Shown: positions 1 through 14,353 of the stretch, piece after piece
Layout: the number at the start of each line of letters is the position of its first letter
Position numbering within the stretch: position 1 is the first letter of the stretch
NCBI GenBank assembly: GCA_002104905.1
Contig: MCFE01000001.1
Span: forward strand, 1 to 64,000
From: Basidiobolus meristosporus CBS 931.73
Lineage: Eukaryota; Fungi; Basidiobolomycota
Length of the DNA: 64,000 nt
Reading direction: 5' to 3'
Notes under the pieces: model-generated
The model's database searches: none
What the model saw: only the letters and a program-made list of their open reading frames with translations
Told to the model about the DNA's origin: nothing
Made by a program: the position numbers and the translations under genes

Positions 1-837
1 GGGCCGGTATCCAGCTTCCCACAAGTAGAAAAGGTTGCTCATACTCAACTATCAACATATGATGAGCAGAGGGAGCAAGAGAAGCAGCCAACAGGATTTA
101 TTGGTGAGCCATTTTGGCTAATGGATAAATGCTATTTTCATTGGTAGATGAGAGCACATAATGTGATACCCTATTCAACCCAGAGAAATCCTTCTTGAAT
201 CATGCCTAGTCCACTTTCAGCACTCTATACTGGGATTGATCACCCTCTAGTAAATGCATTGAAAGTGTAAGTAATGTAAGTCTAATCAACCTTGGTAAGT
301 ATTTATAAGATCATTATATTAGATGGAGCAGTTAGTGGATATATGCTTCACAAGAACAAGCTGCAACAGCAAGCACTAATCCAGTGACAAACAACCTAAT
401 TAACAGACATAGGTGTGGTTCATTGCAGCCATAGGTATTTGTGAATGTACCACGTCTATCAGATTAAGAGGCCAATGCAAAAGTTAGGCTGAGCAAGGCA
501 ACTCCCACATTGACAATGATTGAATATACAAGTGATTGAGCTTGCACCATTAGGGATATGTAGTATCACTGGGATCTTTTGGTTGTCTACATAAGCTTCT
601 TGTCAGTGCTTCCACAGAGCTAAGGATAATATTTTTTGACTCAACTTTTCAACTGTTAAGCTATTTTGTAATAAGCTTAATAAAGATATCTCTATTCAGA
701 ACAAATATTTGTAATTGAGGTACTTGGCAAGGCAACGACTCTGTCAACAAATAAATACTACAGAGAGTGGTGGGCATGGAGTAGGGACCGGCATCAGTTA
801 AAATCATTTACAGTATGGAATCTGGGCTTCTCACATG

Positions 838-2055
838 TTAAAGCAAGCTACAGCACGAAACCTGTGTTTCACTCTCATCAAAAACAATAACCGCGCGGCA
901 TTTAGGCTTCCCATTCATCATATCTTCATATGCCTTCTTAGCTTGCTTGAGTGGGTAAGTTTGTACCAGTGGCTTAGTGTTACTCAGCGCGGAGAAGTTC
1001 AAAGCGTCCTCAGCGTCCTGTAAATTGTGCTCAATAACCTATTGTACTTTTCAAGTAATCTGAGCGGACACACATACCTTGTGGGTGCCACTAGGCCACC
1101 CACGAACTTGCGCTCTCTTGAGGATCAGACTTAGCGAGTCAATCTGTATTGGTTCGGGCAACATAGACACTACCAACAATGTCCCACCAAAAGCCATACC
1201 CTCGACCAACTTCGATACATCTCCTCCAGGTGCAGCCACAACAATTAGCTTGGCTCCACCCAACTTCTTTAGTTCCTCAACTGCATCTTGTTTGGACTGA
1301 TCAATGTACACATGCGCACCTAAGCTTTTGGCCAGTTCTTGCTTGCTTGCCGAGCTGGAAAGAGCTACCGTTCGGTAGCCAAACTTGTTTGCGTATTGAA
1401 TTGCAAGATGGCCTAAGCCACCTATCCCAACAACTGCGCAGATATCCCCTGGATGAATGTTGTCCATATGTCTCATCGAGTTGTAGACAGTAATTCCTGC
1501 ACACAATAATGGTGCAGCCTCAGCGGAACTCAACTCATCAGGGATTCTGCATAAAGCACTTTGCCTGGCCACCATGTACTGCGCGTATCCTCCGCCTTGT
1601 CTAACTCCAGTTACCCAGTGCTTCTCGCAATCAATGAATGAGCCACAACGACACGCTTCGCATGTGCTGCAGTAGCCTGCACTCCACCCAACACCCACTC
1701 TCATGCCTTGAGTATAGAGCGAACAAACCTAAAACCAAAGTTAGTAACCGCTGCTTGCTTTGTGCTGAGTATTTCGTACATTCTCTCCCAGTTTCTGGAT
1801 TCTGCCAACCACCTCATGACCAGGAGTCACCGGGTAGTTGATGCCAGGCATTGCATTATGTTGCAGGACGCAATCACTGGGAAATCTTAGTACTGTTGGC
1901 GGGTGTGTGATGTTCCTTGATAAATCTTACGAGTGGCATACTCCGCAAGCCTCCACCTTGATCAAAACTTCACCGGGACCTGGGGTTGGAATTGGCCTTT
2001 TGACCACCACTAGGTCACTTCCTGGCTTACTAAAGACGGCGCACTTCATAGACAT
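838..2055 (-). CDS. Zinc-dependent alcohol dehydrogenase (MDR family, AdhP/CAD-like); 4 exons 2055-1931, 1876-1780, 1728-1078, 1017-838; 350 aa
   Basis: Spliced translation gives CGVCHSD, GHE, structural-zinc CxxCxxCxxG, LCAGITVY and GIGGLGH. Three GT..AG introns restore one frame (1053 nt). Confidence 0.92.
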
Positions 2056-3487
2056 TGGATCAGTTGGTCCAAATGAGCAATAATATAATAAATAACCTTC
2101 ACCAATGGATGGTGCAGGAATTTAAAGTCAACGTCCGCAGCTGAAAGGCTGATCAGTGTTGACTGAAGCAGCCGGTATAGTCTAATATTGAGACAATGCC
2201 TTGGAAATGGGAAATCACAACAAAAGAAAGCGCGCAACGAAATTTCCAAATCACTGGATCCAGGTGTTGTTATTGATGATACAGCCAGATTTGGCTAAGC
2301 GTACGCCTGCCACCACACGTACAGTAGATTAACTAAATTCGTCTTATCAGGATGAATATTCTAAGCTTTGGCCAAAGCATATTATGCGATATACCTGCGG
2401 ATGCACGCACAAACAGCCGTGCACTAATAGCCTGCCAACTAACCTGATGTAAGCAGCCTTTGGTATAGTCCCAATTACTTGTGATTTCTAACCTATCCGT
2501 TATGGAGTCAATTCCTGACTTCAAACTATTTGGCCGGGGGTTGCAGAGAGACCACGAAAAGTCCATGAATTCTCAACATTTGTCCTCCTGGACCCTTACA
2601 TCGCCGAAGTTGTCTCAGGTACATGGATGCTCGAAACATACCAGCAAGTTCTAGTTTATACCAGCCACACAATCTCCCCAAGCATAATGTCTCATAAGCT
2701 GTTTGTGAGCAACCGTAATGGGAACAGAGACATAGGAATGAGAAGAAAACATGCATTGATGTGTTGTTTGGAATCTCCACTGCTATGGGTGCACATGTGG
2801 CAGTCCACCTTGTGTATAAGATTGCCCTGAACAAGCTGTTCAATCCACTCAGCGTGCTGGTAATTGTACGCAACATGGTAATCAATAGTCCTAAAATGGG
2901 AATGATAGCTTATCATGCAACCCTGAGTACGAAAAATCAATGTACGAAAAAATTCTGAATTCATTGCTCAGCAACCTTACTTCCATAGTTTTGCCGACCA
3001 TTGATCCGCGGCAGAGCTTTTAGGAATGAATCGGAAATACATTGTAATATAGCCCACTAGTCCACAAAAGGATATGGTGATAAACTTGTACTCCACACCA
3101 ATGGACACCATGAACTACTGTACAGAGCAATAATGCTAGGAGAAATCCGCATTTGGCTAATAGCAAGAGGGATATAATGAAGCATGAAGGAAACAACACA
3201 ACAGCCAGACAGACTTGTCAAATGGTACATACAAGCTCCACTGGTGCTGTCTATTAACAGTACTAACTAACTCAACTTGTAAATAGAGTGCATTGGGCTG
3301 CACAGCTAAGGGGTGATTCTGATAGGTAGATTGGATGTTCAATTGTCAAATACAGTTTTTAGCTAAGAACATTCTATCAAAACTCCACAGGGAGCACTGA
3401 ACATGAGGCAAGTAAAACAACTCATACTGTGACTTTACAAGCAAGGGTTTGAAGCTTGAGTGTACTTTCAGTATGATATTGTTACAA

Positions 3488-5560
3488 TGTTCTGAGGAGT
3501 ATTGGAAGTGATGTGGAGAACTAGAGGATTTACATGTTATTCACTTGTAGATTTATTTTTCAAAAGTATGGTATTTATACTTTTGATAAAGTGGAGCAAA
3601 CAAATGTGTAGAGTTTGTTAAGGAAGGTCCTAAGAATATGTGTGCAAAGTTTGAGGACTTTGGGACAACTTTGAGAAAGTTCATAATCTGGGTACCTGAT
3701 AATTTGGTAAAAATATTCTAATTAAATCCTGACAAGAAATTTGGTCAGGACAGAATGTCAATCAAGGAGTAAGATCTCTGTGACTTAGTTAGCATCAATA
3801 TTTTGGTGACAACTGAATAAATACAACAGATATGAGATGCAGGGAGCTACTAGTATTGTGATTATTTTCATCTCTACAAGTGTTAAGGGATTGGCCTGCA
3901 AAATGAGTAAAGTCTCTCCTGGCTTTTTTCCATCATCAGAGCACATCTGTAACTTATTAGTGTTGCAACAGTACTCTGTAGGATTATGTGTATTAGACAT
4001 ATCCAGCCCTTGGCACAGAGTATCAGCAGCAGTGATGGGCCTCACAGTAGTGAAGTTGAGTAAATGGAAACAAAGTCTAACCAAGACAGAAGCACATAAT
4101 TGTAGGACAAAGCTGCAGTGTGTGGCAGCTGATATTGTTAATACAGACCAGCCTAAACTTCACAATTGCTGGAAAGACAGGCCATTAAAAGACTTCTATT
4201 TGGCCACTAGATCAACTAAGAGATAGTCAAGTAATTCTTCAGTGGCTTGAGGAGCTTTTAAATGATATTACTTCTTTAACACAGCCTTTGGCCCCTCTGC
4301 TGCAGATAGGCTGGGTATCACACTAGTAAACAAAACAGAAATTTGCAGCAGGGAAATACTCATCAAAGTGCCTACACTCTGGTTCTGGAATATGGGCTTA
4401 TACTATGGGATGTTGCTACTCTTCTCTGAGAGCACTGTCATAGATAATGCCCAATATTATTGCCTGTAGCTGTTACAAAGATTGACTAGCAAGGTGCTAG
4501 GACTTGACTGCTCACAGCAGAACCAAAAAAGAAGTAACATGTAATCTTGGAAGGGCATAAAGCTGTTTGGTGCTCACTAAAGTAATGGATGCTCAATAAT
4601 AAAGCACAGCTACCCCTTAAGTGGTGGGTTCTAGTAGATCTGCTAGCATCTTATTATATTTGCATCAGCACATACATTAAGTGAAGGAGCTTCTGCAGGT
4701 GAGTACAGAAAGTTGCAAGTGCTGTGGTAGTATTGAGAGTCATTGGAAGTGTCAGCAAACAAAAGATTGCTTGCTTGATATATTATTAAATATGAATATG
4801 GTAATAAAACTTTACATGGTCATGACTAATTAGATATGTCAAACATGTTGAGGAATACTGTAGAGATTTGTTATTGCATCCAAACATACACCCAATCTTG
4901 TAACTTGGATTATTACCTACAAATCTGGAGAGCTCTGACTAAATTCATTGTCAGTATTTTCTTGGGATGTTTGGCCAAACATCAAGTTCCCAAAACATGG
5001 AGTTTTGCAAAGCTGTCCAAAGAGCCAAGAATAGGCACACATGTTCTTGGGACCTTCCTTAAGATATTCTTTGTGTATATTTTACCAAAACTATGTCAAG
5101 TACAAATATACTTTTTGTTCAATAAATCACAATGTTAACCACAATATCTGCTTGTTCCCCAATCACTTATGCTATCTCCAAAACTCTTACAACAGTAATG
5201 AGCCTGAAACAGTCAATCTTTCAAAGTAGCAACTCTGAAGATCTATTTATATCTTGTCAAACTTATTCCTAAATGCAATATAACTTCTATACAATCAAAA
5301 TATGCCACAGCATTATGGCTGAAGGTGTCATATAGGACCAGCTACTTTACCAAAAGTGTTTGGAGATATTTTGGTAATTGGGAGCCAAGTAGACAGTGCT
5401 GCTTTCACTTGATGATATATTGAATGTAGAAGTAATATTTTTTCTTCAGATGATCTCAACAAGAAAGCATGAAAGGTATATTTCAAAGGTCCCAAGAGCA
5501 TGTGTTCAAGGTATGCTACTGCTTGGCCACCCTTGAAAAACCCATGCTCTGGGTACTGGA
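3488..5560. mobile_element. Cluster of decayed copia LTR (~350-bp family, 'LTR1') fragments: ~3488-3790 (-), ~4880-5194 (+), ~5345-5560 (-)
   Basis: Visible similarity to the LTR at 42571-42919. The + copy ends CTTACAACA and is followed by the PBS-like GTAATGAGCC. Confidence 0.75.
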
Positions 5561-6169
5561 TACTTTAGTAAAGTGTGCCAAATATATAGACTAATAGCAA
5601 CTTTAGGCCAGCTTTACGTTGACTGAAGGTCAACGATCTTTGTGGCTAAGTTTGGTAAGTATATGGGGGCAATACAATGTTCAGTGTACTTGCACTCCAT
5701 TAAGTGTCAATACTGACCAGTTGTAATTTTGGTTTAAGATTGCAAAACTTGTCTCTAGTAAATGATTTGGTAAGTTTTTCTGCTATTATGCTATCAGCAG
5801 GATAGTAAGCTTGGCTGAGTTTTTTCTATAGCTGCCCATATGATTTTACATCTGAAATTGTTATACTTGGTGCTAGCATAGAAAGGTGAGTTTCCATCTC
5901 ATATCATATATCTCAACCCTACAGTAGTGTAGCAGCCTACTGCTAGTCCTTTATATCATTGCTGTTCTAATTTACCAAATGGCACTTGATTTTCTATCTT
6001 GCCAATGCCACCCAGATTTTCAACTATGATGACCTACCTCTTCATTAGCTTAACCACTGCTAAAACTGGTAGTCCACACATAGTTTCAATTAATCTGATT
6101 ATGTCCATCAAATAGTACCTGAGATCTTGAGAGTTGTTAGTTTTGAGTAACTTTGAGTCTAGCAGGTAA

Positions 6170-6640
6170 TGTGTTGTTATTCTGATGGCCTTTTCTCAAT
6201 ATTCCATTTTTGGGCATCTTGCAAGCATATATCTGCTTGCAGCTGCTTTGACTAAAAAATGTCCTGAATTACCAGATAGAACTTTGCACCACCTGGCCAA
6301 TATATGGATTCTCCCTGCAGGATTCTAGTCCCACCTATAGGGGTTGTCCTGTTTTGTTTCATGTGAGCTTCATACTGAAAAGTGTAGATGTTGTCCTGTA
6401 CCCCGGAAATATCTGACCTATGTTGGCAGAGTTGTCCTAATAAATGTTAGTGCTTGTTGCATCTAGCCCTACCTGGCTTTACTATCTGATCACCCATGCA
6501 TTAGGGCTGCCTAGCTTCTTGATGCCAAAAGCATAAGTGCTATCATGTGCACATCTATGATCAGTAGTTTTCAATACTTTCTGGCCATCCACCATAGGCT
6601 AGCTAATCATGCCCAACACAGAGCTCAAAGTAATATTCTC
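6170..6640 (-). mobile_element. Fragment of the CACTA/EnSpm-type element (transposase 3' region)
   Basis: Shares blocks such as TCTCCCTGC(A/T)GGATTCTAGTCCC and ACCCATGCATT(A/G)GGGCTGC with 34140-34410. Confidence 0.7.
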
Positions 6641-6999
6641 AATTTGGTTGGGAAATGCCAATACTATTAGCTTGACTATTCTCTGTATCCACCTACTCAC
6701 CTACACATTGGGACTTAGGAGCAGAAATATACACTATAAGAGGTTGGTGTACTGCATCAAGAGTTGTATTTAAAAAATGTAATTGAATATTGCTAAGTCA
6801 AGCTGATGAGAGGCTTGATATCAGAGCACTGCCTAGATACCAGGAGCAATGCTAACCAGAGAATAGCAATGGAATAAAGCCTCAAGAGGACAACACCTGA
6901 AGATACAACAGCTAACAGCACTCCTTTAGAAACCCAGGAAGTCAAAATAAGCATTACCATGCAATTTTAGGCTGTTGGTATAATTGGGACTGTATCAAC

Positions 7000-9100
7000 A
7001 TGCTCAAAGCTTATAGATCAAGTAAAGCTTATCTTCTTCAGCAAGCCCATTTGAATGGTTCATGTATGAGTCCCTACCAAGCTTTGCACTCAATGATGCA
7101 ACTATATATCCATTTGATGAGTAATAGGCTTATATTTGGCTGCAATAGCCAATTTAAATGATGGGATTAGTCTTAGCTACCAGTACAAAGGTTTCAGTAT
7201 AGTCCAGTCCATTTATGTGGGAGTATTCCTTGGCTACAAGTCTGGCTTTCCATCATTGAAATCAACCACCTGCCTTGTGATATGTATTGAAGATCCAACT
7301 ATATCCAGTTGACTTTAAATTGATGGGTATTTTGATCAAGTCCTAGAGGTGATTTTACATGAAAGCCCAATATGCTCAGTCATTGAAGATCTTTAAAGTT
7401 CAATTAGACACTCTGCTATTGTCTGGGGCTCTGCAATAGTGACAGATTAAGCATAGGCTAGACTTACACCCTCATTGATATAGGAATTTGGACCATTTCT
7501 GATCTGATTGATTTATCTACCTTACAATACTAGAGTGATCACATCCAAGATGCTCTTGGGCACTGAATATGTCTGAGCCCAGGAATCATGCTTCTCCATG
7601 GTGAGCAGAACATCTTCAATTTGCTCTGCTATATACTCAACATTTAGTGGACTTGAGGTCAGAATTTTGTCATTGTCCAGAGGTATCTTATCCAGAAATT
7701 GAGGCACTCATCACCCAAAGCATCCCTAGACTTCCTCTTCTTCTTTATGCTGGCAATGTAGAATCTGTATGTCTCACTTGCATAGCAGTAGCCTAAGCAT
7801 ATATGCTTGAGGCTTTTTGTCTTAGATTTTGATTGATTTTTGGGCAGTGTTTTAGTATATGCTGCACACTTATATATTTTCAGGTGCTGTGTAAATGGTA
7901 TTTACTTATACCCTGCCTCAAATGGTGCAGAGGCATAGAGTATCAGAATTTACCTTCTACTTTCAAGACTTGGAGTAATAGCAGCTGATTTGCTCCAAAA
8001 ATCATACAATAGTTAATAAGACCAGGAGTGGCTGGCTCAATATCATACTATTATCATTCAAGTTTCAAGTTTCTCAAAACCCACAATACTAAGTATCTGA
8101 GGAATTAGCCATTTGGCCAGCAAGCAGACACATATTGCAAGAAGTGACTAAGCCAACCAGCATTCCCACCAAATTTGTTAATTAGCTGCTTCCTACTTGT
8201 ACCAAACATTGTAACTGAAAGATTGAAGGAAACTCACCAGCCATATGCTAGCTAAATTACATCTGAATATTAGCAGATTATCAGCTAAAAGTAACATGGA
8301 TTTCAAGTTTGAGATTTTTTGCAGTTATAAGATAATGACTGATTGTGCATTATTGATCTTTTCTTATTGATAATTAATATGTTTGGACATTCTAACACTT
8401 CATTTTGCTGTGGGGGTATGGTGTAGTGGTCTCTTGCTTAATCCACTGAATTTGTAAAAGTGGATGAAAACTCAGAGGTATACACTTCATCATTATTGAA
8501 TCTTATCTCTAGGAATTAGATGAATTTTAGTCATCCTCCTCAAATAAGCAGATTAGATGTGCCCAGTCACCTGTGCCAAAGCATTGGTGTTTTTTCATTT
8601 GAGATATCAATAGTAGCTTCCATATGTGATAGAATATAGGTCATCTTGTATATCTATACATCTTTGAAACCCATTGCAATATGGTTCCATTTTGATCAGT
8701 GATCCTACATCCAGAAGCTTCAAAACTGAAACTGAGTGCTACTGCCATGGCAAAGCCCAGATATAATGGACTCTTGCTATTTTTGGTACATAGAGTTTTT
8801 CTTTGAAGGTAAGTGTGTAGCTTCCTTTGTTATCTTGAGGCTAACTTTAATAGCTCTCCATCCAACTGCATCAAGTGTGCTGTTGTAACCCATCAAGACC
8901 TTGTCAACTGCAATAACTTGATGTTGCTCATAAAGTTCTTCTTGGTAGGTAAGGTGGTTAGATGCTCAAAAGGGATATTATTACATCTGACAATCCTTGT
9001 TTGTTGTCATCCTACTGCAAGATTGAATTTTGGTAATTATCAGACTATGCTATTCAACATTGGGACAACATTGATCAACAAGATTCCTGTATGAATAATA
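7000..9100 (-). mobile_element. Heavily decayed Ty1/copia pol remnant (protease, GAG-pre-integrase, RT)
   Basis: The minus strand shows traces of LVAKGY..GLDYTETF (~7200), PMLWHR.LG (~8580) and a protease-like GASNHLTY region (~8960), with many stops. Confidence 0.65.
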
Positions 9101-9449
9101 AAAATGCTACCCTAGTTGGTGCAGCAGTCATATTGTTGCTACATACACTCTGCAAGAAAATCTATGATTCTGGCACTTTATTTTTACTGGGAATTTTTAT
9201 GCACCCAAGCCCTAGCCACTGCCAGAACACATTGATATTGGCTTCATTATGGCAATAGATGTGTACTGCAGCCATCCAAGCATACCCCATGCAGGGAAGG
9301 TGCAAGCTTTGATGGAGAAAACAGCCATTGGTAATATATATAGAAGTATGGATACAGGTTGTCACAGTGGATTGACAGAGTTGGGGATGTGAGTGCTCCA
9401 CCAGGCAACAGGACTTATACATGTGTCTTAGTGGTCATACTTTAGCCCA

Positions 9450-11900
9450 GTCATGTTGAAATTAAGAGCAATTGGTGAGAGATCCAGAGTAGGGAAAGTG
9501 CCCACATGGAGTTTTGGTTTATTTTGGAATCCATTGAGCTAATGGTTTGTAATCACTACTGAGTCTTGAAGATCTAAGGACAACTATCTTTGCAAGAGTT
9601 ACCATTGCTTATACAAGCCAAGTTACTGGTTTGGCCTCTCTGGCATCTGGAAAGACAGGCAGTTGTATCTCTGGAGCATGTATCCCTGCAAGCATTTTCA
9701 GCTTCAGCATAAAAAATGCTACCCACCTTTCTCCCTGATACCCTTAACAAAGTTAAGCTGGTGAAAATGGAAAGCTTAGGCTGTGTAGTAAGCTCTCAGC
9801 TGTATCATACTATGCCAATCCAATGATTGATTCAATGCTTTACTAGAGATTGAAGTACTTATGTACCAAGCTTGCCAAGTACTAGTCCAATTCAAGCTCT
9901 GACAACGCATCAATTAATTTAGTAGGTATTATTGCCAGAAGAGAGAGAGGTGTCACTGCACAGTCATTGATTGGGAAGGAGTGCATTGCCCTGATGGCTA
10001 CAAGAATTATATTCCAGGCAAGAGCAGCACTCTTCCTGATGGTTAGCTTTCTGTCAGGATTACTATATATATGGAATGCCTTTAGATTATATTACACTTC
10101 ACCATCTCAAGTTGTAGAACTCTGCAAATTAGTATAGTGGACACACAAAGTGGTGCTTATATATCAATGTACATGAGAAGCATATTCCATTCTGTCTTAG
10201 CCATCAGATAGAGTGTTTGCACCTTATGTCTTAGCTCTGAGTGCTTAAGCTACAAATAGCTATTCAACTACTATTGTTTCCAAGAGAAAAGTGTAATAAA
10301 ACTCTTGAATGAGTTAACTGAACCTAAGTGATAACTAAGCACGGAATCTTAGAATTTTCAAGGGTGACAGAAATATTAGCAGAGAAGTTCTGGTCTGATA
10401 TTGGTTTTGTATATAGTTGAGTTGGGCTTTAAAGGCAACAGAGTGGGTTTGCTATACAGACTAGGCTTAGTGTTCTTGGGAATACTAGATATGCTAGGCT
10501 TGGGTGGAAACTAGAACAGATTTGTTGATTTCTTAATTTTGCTGAGGCACAATTTTAATTTTGTTGAGACACACACTAAACCAAAAGGTTCAGTAAACTT
10601 TATTTATACTTTTCTGATTGAGTTGCATTAGTAAGCACCAAGAGACTGGACAAATTGAAATCTGTTGGGTTGTTGATAGGTGCATAAGATAAATGAAAAA
10701 TTGCATCATTAATCAGCTGATGTCTTGGCAACTGCTAAGTGGTTGGATAAATCTCAGATGACTAATCACTTGGAAAGGCTTAGTAGATCAGTTGGGGATG
10801 TAATGACCACATGAAAATTAATCAGGTGTGACAGCTAAAAATAGTTTCTGAGAAGTGATAAAATAAACCATAACAGGGATAAGTTATGTTTGGGTTAGGG
10901 AAAATCAGTTAGGGTACTAGATTTTCTAACAGAGTGAAATTGGCCAAGTTTTAAATGTTGATGCACAACAACTACACTGATGCTGAAAGATGTTTTGAAT
11001 TCAAGGATACTAATGCACTCTGCACACTTATTATTTAGCCCACTTTGCATGAAAGATTACATTGCATAATGTCTGCAATTAGAGATGAGCTTTTCCACAG
11101 TTATTTGACAACAAACACATGGTTATAGTCAGCAATATACAAGTTCATGTGTGTAGTAAAAAAGCAAACAAACTTACTAATTCAGACTCTTTTTGCAAAA
11201 CATGAGAAAATTTTGAATGATATTGAAGGCATCATTGACCAGAGTGCCGTCATCCCTCACACTTTGAAGTGAAACCTACACTATATAACCTTGGTACTAG
11301 GAGGCAAAGTAGCAAATGGTGAGGCACCCAGGATAAATCAATCTAGCCTGCATAAAGCTAATTGAGTAGAATCAAGAATGCAATTTAAATGGGAAAATAT
11401 GCATGAGACTCCACTAGCTAGTCATGCAGCTCTCCTTCCTCTTACTAGTTTGCATCATTGCTTTGTTGCAAGCCATTTTGGCTACTGTACTTGGTGACTC
11501 CTAGTTAGGCTACACCAATGAGTCATGTGTCAGACAACTTGGTGCTTATTATCAGGACACTTTAGCCCCCAGCCAAGAATACTAGCCATCAATTGAGGAT
11601 GGGGATGATTGAGTGAGCCAATGCAAACAAGCAAGACTTTGGGTAAGCAGCCAGGATTTGATATTTCCAATTCTCAACCATCCCATGCCTTGTCCAACTC
11701 AAACCAGTTTGACCAAGCGCAAGTTATTGATCAAACCCTCTGGTAGCCACAAATTATTGTTACTCAGCTGGCAGTAGAGGAGGGTACTTAGAGTGCTCAT
11801 TGCCACTTCAAGGTTAGATATTTCAGTGGAAACAGACATTAAGTCTGGTAAAAGTAAATTTACAAAATAAAATGAGTAACATATGACTAGTTATAGTCAA
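9450..11900 (-). mobile_element. Decayed LTR-retrotransposon internal remnant, probably Ty3/gypsy, interrupted by a solo LTR
   Basis: CpG-depleted, with a weak integrase-like trace near 10200. No intact ORF. Confidence 0.35.
10272..10970. mobile_element. Solo LTR, ~700-bp family ('LTR2')
   Basis: Termini TATTG(=TGTTG)...CAACA with a perfect 5-bp TSD ACTAC (10267-71 and 10971-75). Homologous in reverse to 29575-30264. Confidence 0.85.
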
Positions 11901-13181
11901 GCATTTGCTGCTATGTACACACAGGAATAACATCCCTTATTGTGGTAAATGATGGCATTATTTGCGCTGAAGAGAAATATGGGCAGCTGTGATAGAACCC
12001 TAGATTTACACTGAGGCCAACATTCCGGTGCATGTGTTTTACACGTTACAGGTACACACTTGTATTAGTATCATAATTGTGGGCGTGAGTATTAGATATT
12101 CGCTTACATACCCGCTTACATACTAAAATATCAAGCCTCAGTCCTGAATAATTCTGACCTTCACCGAAAATGATGATATTAGAGAGAATAGTTAAACTCC
12201 ATTGTAATATCCATGACAGTGTCACACGTTTGATCGCAAATATCCGAGATTGATGCTCTGCATGATAGCACCATTAGTAACTCGATTGTTGTGTTATACT
12301 CAGCATTACTGCATGTCACTGATATGGTTCAATATCCCGTTGATCCTTGCCACTGGCTTTTTAACTGGATGTTACTTAACATTTGTACTTCTCATCAGTG
12401 CCAAAGAGTAGTTACTAAATATTCCTGTTTGTAGTATCCGATAATGCAATATTTAGTGAGGCTAGCTAAATAATCTATGGTCTGCTACATTAATACAAAG
12501 ATGCCAAGTGTATCAACTATGTGGATGCATATTTCTATGTATCTTTCTGTACATATCATTAACTCATGGACCATTATACCAGCTTTTTGCACGTATTAAG
12601 CACCAATGGGCAATCCAGTTAAGTAATCACACAAAGTTAGTGTTAATAAAGCACTAGTCAATGTTGCTATCCATATTTATTGGAAACAGTCGGTGGATTC
12701 CATTAAAAATGGGAGAAAATAGAGAAACGTGGTGCTACCTTGTGATTCATGAAAGCGGGCAGTGCAATGACCAGGCGACGAAGGGTTAGGTATGAAGCAT
12801 ACAGTTGTATTCGATAAGCAACTACACCAAACTGCAAAAGAAATGTATCAATACTTACCGTGGGACATTGTGAATCATGGCAAAATAATGTCGACAAAAT
12901 GACTCATACTACGACTTTTCAAGCATGGGCTTGCAGCGTGCACACAGGAATGGCACTTACTTTACGTAGGTTGTTATTTCATAGTCATTATGATGTTCAT
13001 CAGAAATATATATATATTGCCATCGATTTCCTCTTCTCCAAAGTTATGGGATTAGGCCACAAAATCGAGGGAGAATTTTCTCCTTTATTGCTAAATACAT
13101 CATCTGCCTAGTATTTCTATCAATCGATCCAAGCCCTTTATTGTGGCATCCTCTGTACTCCTCACGTGATACGCCGAATCA

Positions 13182-14156
13182 CTAAAACCAGTCATTACCA
13201 CCAAGATGCCAAACCGCCAGTTGCTTGACACCAAGATTTTCGAGCACTGTTCGTTTGACATTCAAAGAGTGTTGGTCGTTGATGACATAAACAAGTCCGT
13301 CCACCTTCTTCACTATCTCAGCGGAGAGAGGGTCACGTCGACCGCCCGCATATCCACCACGGTCCTTGACTTGGTCGAGGGTCAAGTTCTTGAACTCGTA
13401 CTCATCCTCCACAGCACAATAACTGTAGGAAGGTATACCGATCACCAACCGGTCGTTGGGAATGATCTTGCTGATAGTAATTGTCCACCGTTTCAGCCAA
13501 GCCAGTGGGCAAATGGGCTGACCACCACCGTGGTCCCATTGGTAGTCGTAGATCATAGGGGTTATATAATCGACGGGCAAGGGCACGAAATCTTCATACC
13601 TCCACTGTAGAGGACAGTGGTCGGTAGTCCACACCGGTGCGCAGATGGCAAGCTTTTTGCCGAGGGAATGGAGTCTAGCGCCAAGGGTAGAAAGGAAGGC
13701 TTTGTAACCGGCGTAATCTTCGCCAGTCCACTTTCCGTAGCTCTCAAAGTCAATGTCGACGCCGGTTAACTGGTGCTCAGTCACGAAGTCCACCAGTATG
13801 CTGACGGCGGTAGAGAGAATCGCCTCGTCGCTGGTCAGAGCCCGGAGCCCAGCCACATGACCAGCCACAGTTACAAGTTGCTCGGTAGAATACTGTTTCA
13901 GCTCCCGTACGTTCTCTTCGGAGAAGCCGTTTTGCGTATCGAAGAGCTCGTCTGGGTCTTCGTCAATCCGTTCTAACTGACCTGTGGTCAATAAGTTGAA
14001 ATACTGCACCCGTAGGACATCAATCTTGTGTCTCTTGTAAGTAGCGGGCGCGTCCTGTCCTGGAGCACCGTAATAGATCCAGGCGTGAAGCTTTAGGGCC
14101 GTGGAGCTGGGTGCGCGATGACCCAAATTTTTAAAGGCCTTCTTGATGGCAAACAT
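13182..14156 (-). CDS. Glycoside hydrolase family 18 (chitinase-like), intronless, no evident signal peptide, 324 aa
   Basis: Intact catalytic GVDIDFE (DxDxE), plus MIYDY, IGIPSY and a terminal VWHLG strand. First ATG at 14156 (the ORF-track start at 14168 is GTG). TATAAA ~35 bp upstream. Confidence 0.85.
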   Translation of the reverse strand: MFAIKKAFKNLGHRAPSSTALKLHAWIYYGAPGQDAPATYKRHKIDVLRVQYFNLLTTGQLERIDEDPDELFDTQNGFSEENVRELKQYSTEQLVTVAGHVAGLRALTSDEAILSTAVSILVDFVTEHQLTGVDIDFESYGKWTGEDYAGYKAFLSTLGARLHSLGKKLAICAPVWTTDHCPLQWRYEDFVPLPVDYITPMIYDYQWDHGGGQPICPLAWLKRWTITISKIIPNDRLVIGIPSYSYCAVEDEYEFKNLTLDQVKDRGGYAGGRRDPLSAEIVKKVDGLVYVINDQHSLNVKRTVLENLGVKQLAVWHLGGNDWF

Positions 14157-14353
14157 GGCTTGACCCACCCCTCATACAAAGGGATTTATAAGGATTTACG
14201 CCACACACGAGTTCCTAATATATATATCGAATGTGGGCGGTGGATTATGTTGGTGGATGGACTACCTCTCATAATTTTATTCTCAGGTGCTCGAATGATT
14301 GATACTGCTTACGGATTGACTGCTAAAATACTCATCCTATATTGTAAAATTGA

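Noticed and set aside
1-800. CpG-poor sequence at the window start (also 3800-4800 and 56350-57030)
   Set aside because: Probably old repeat debris, but I could find no motif or terminus to support a family call.
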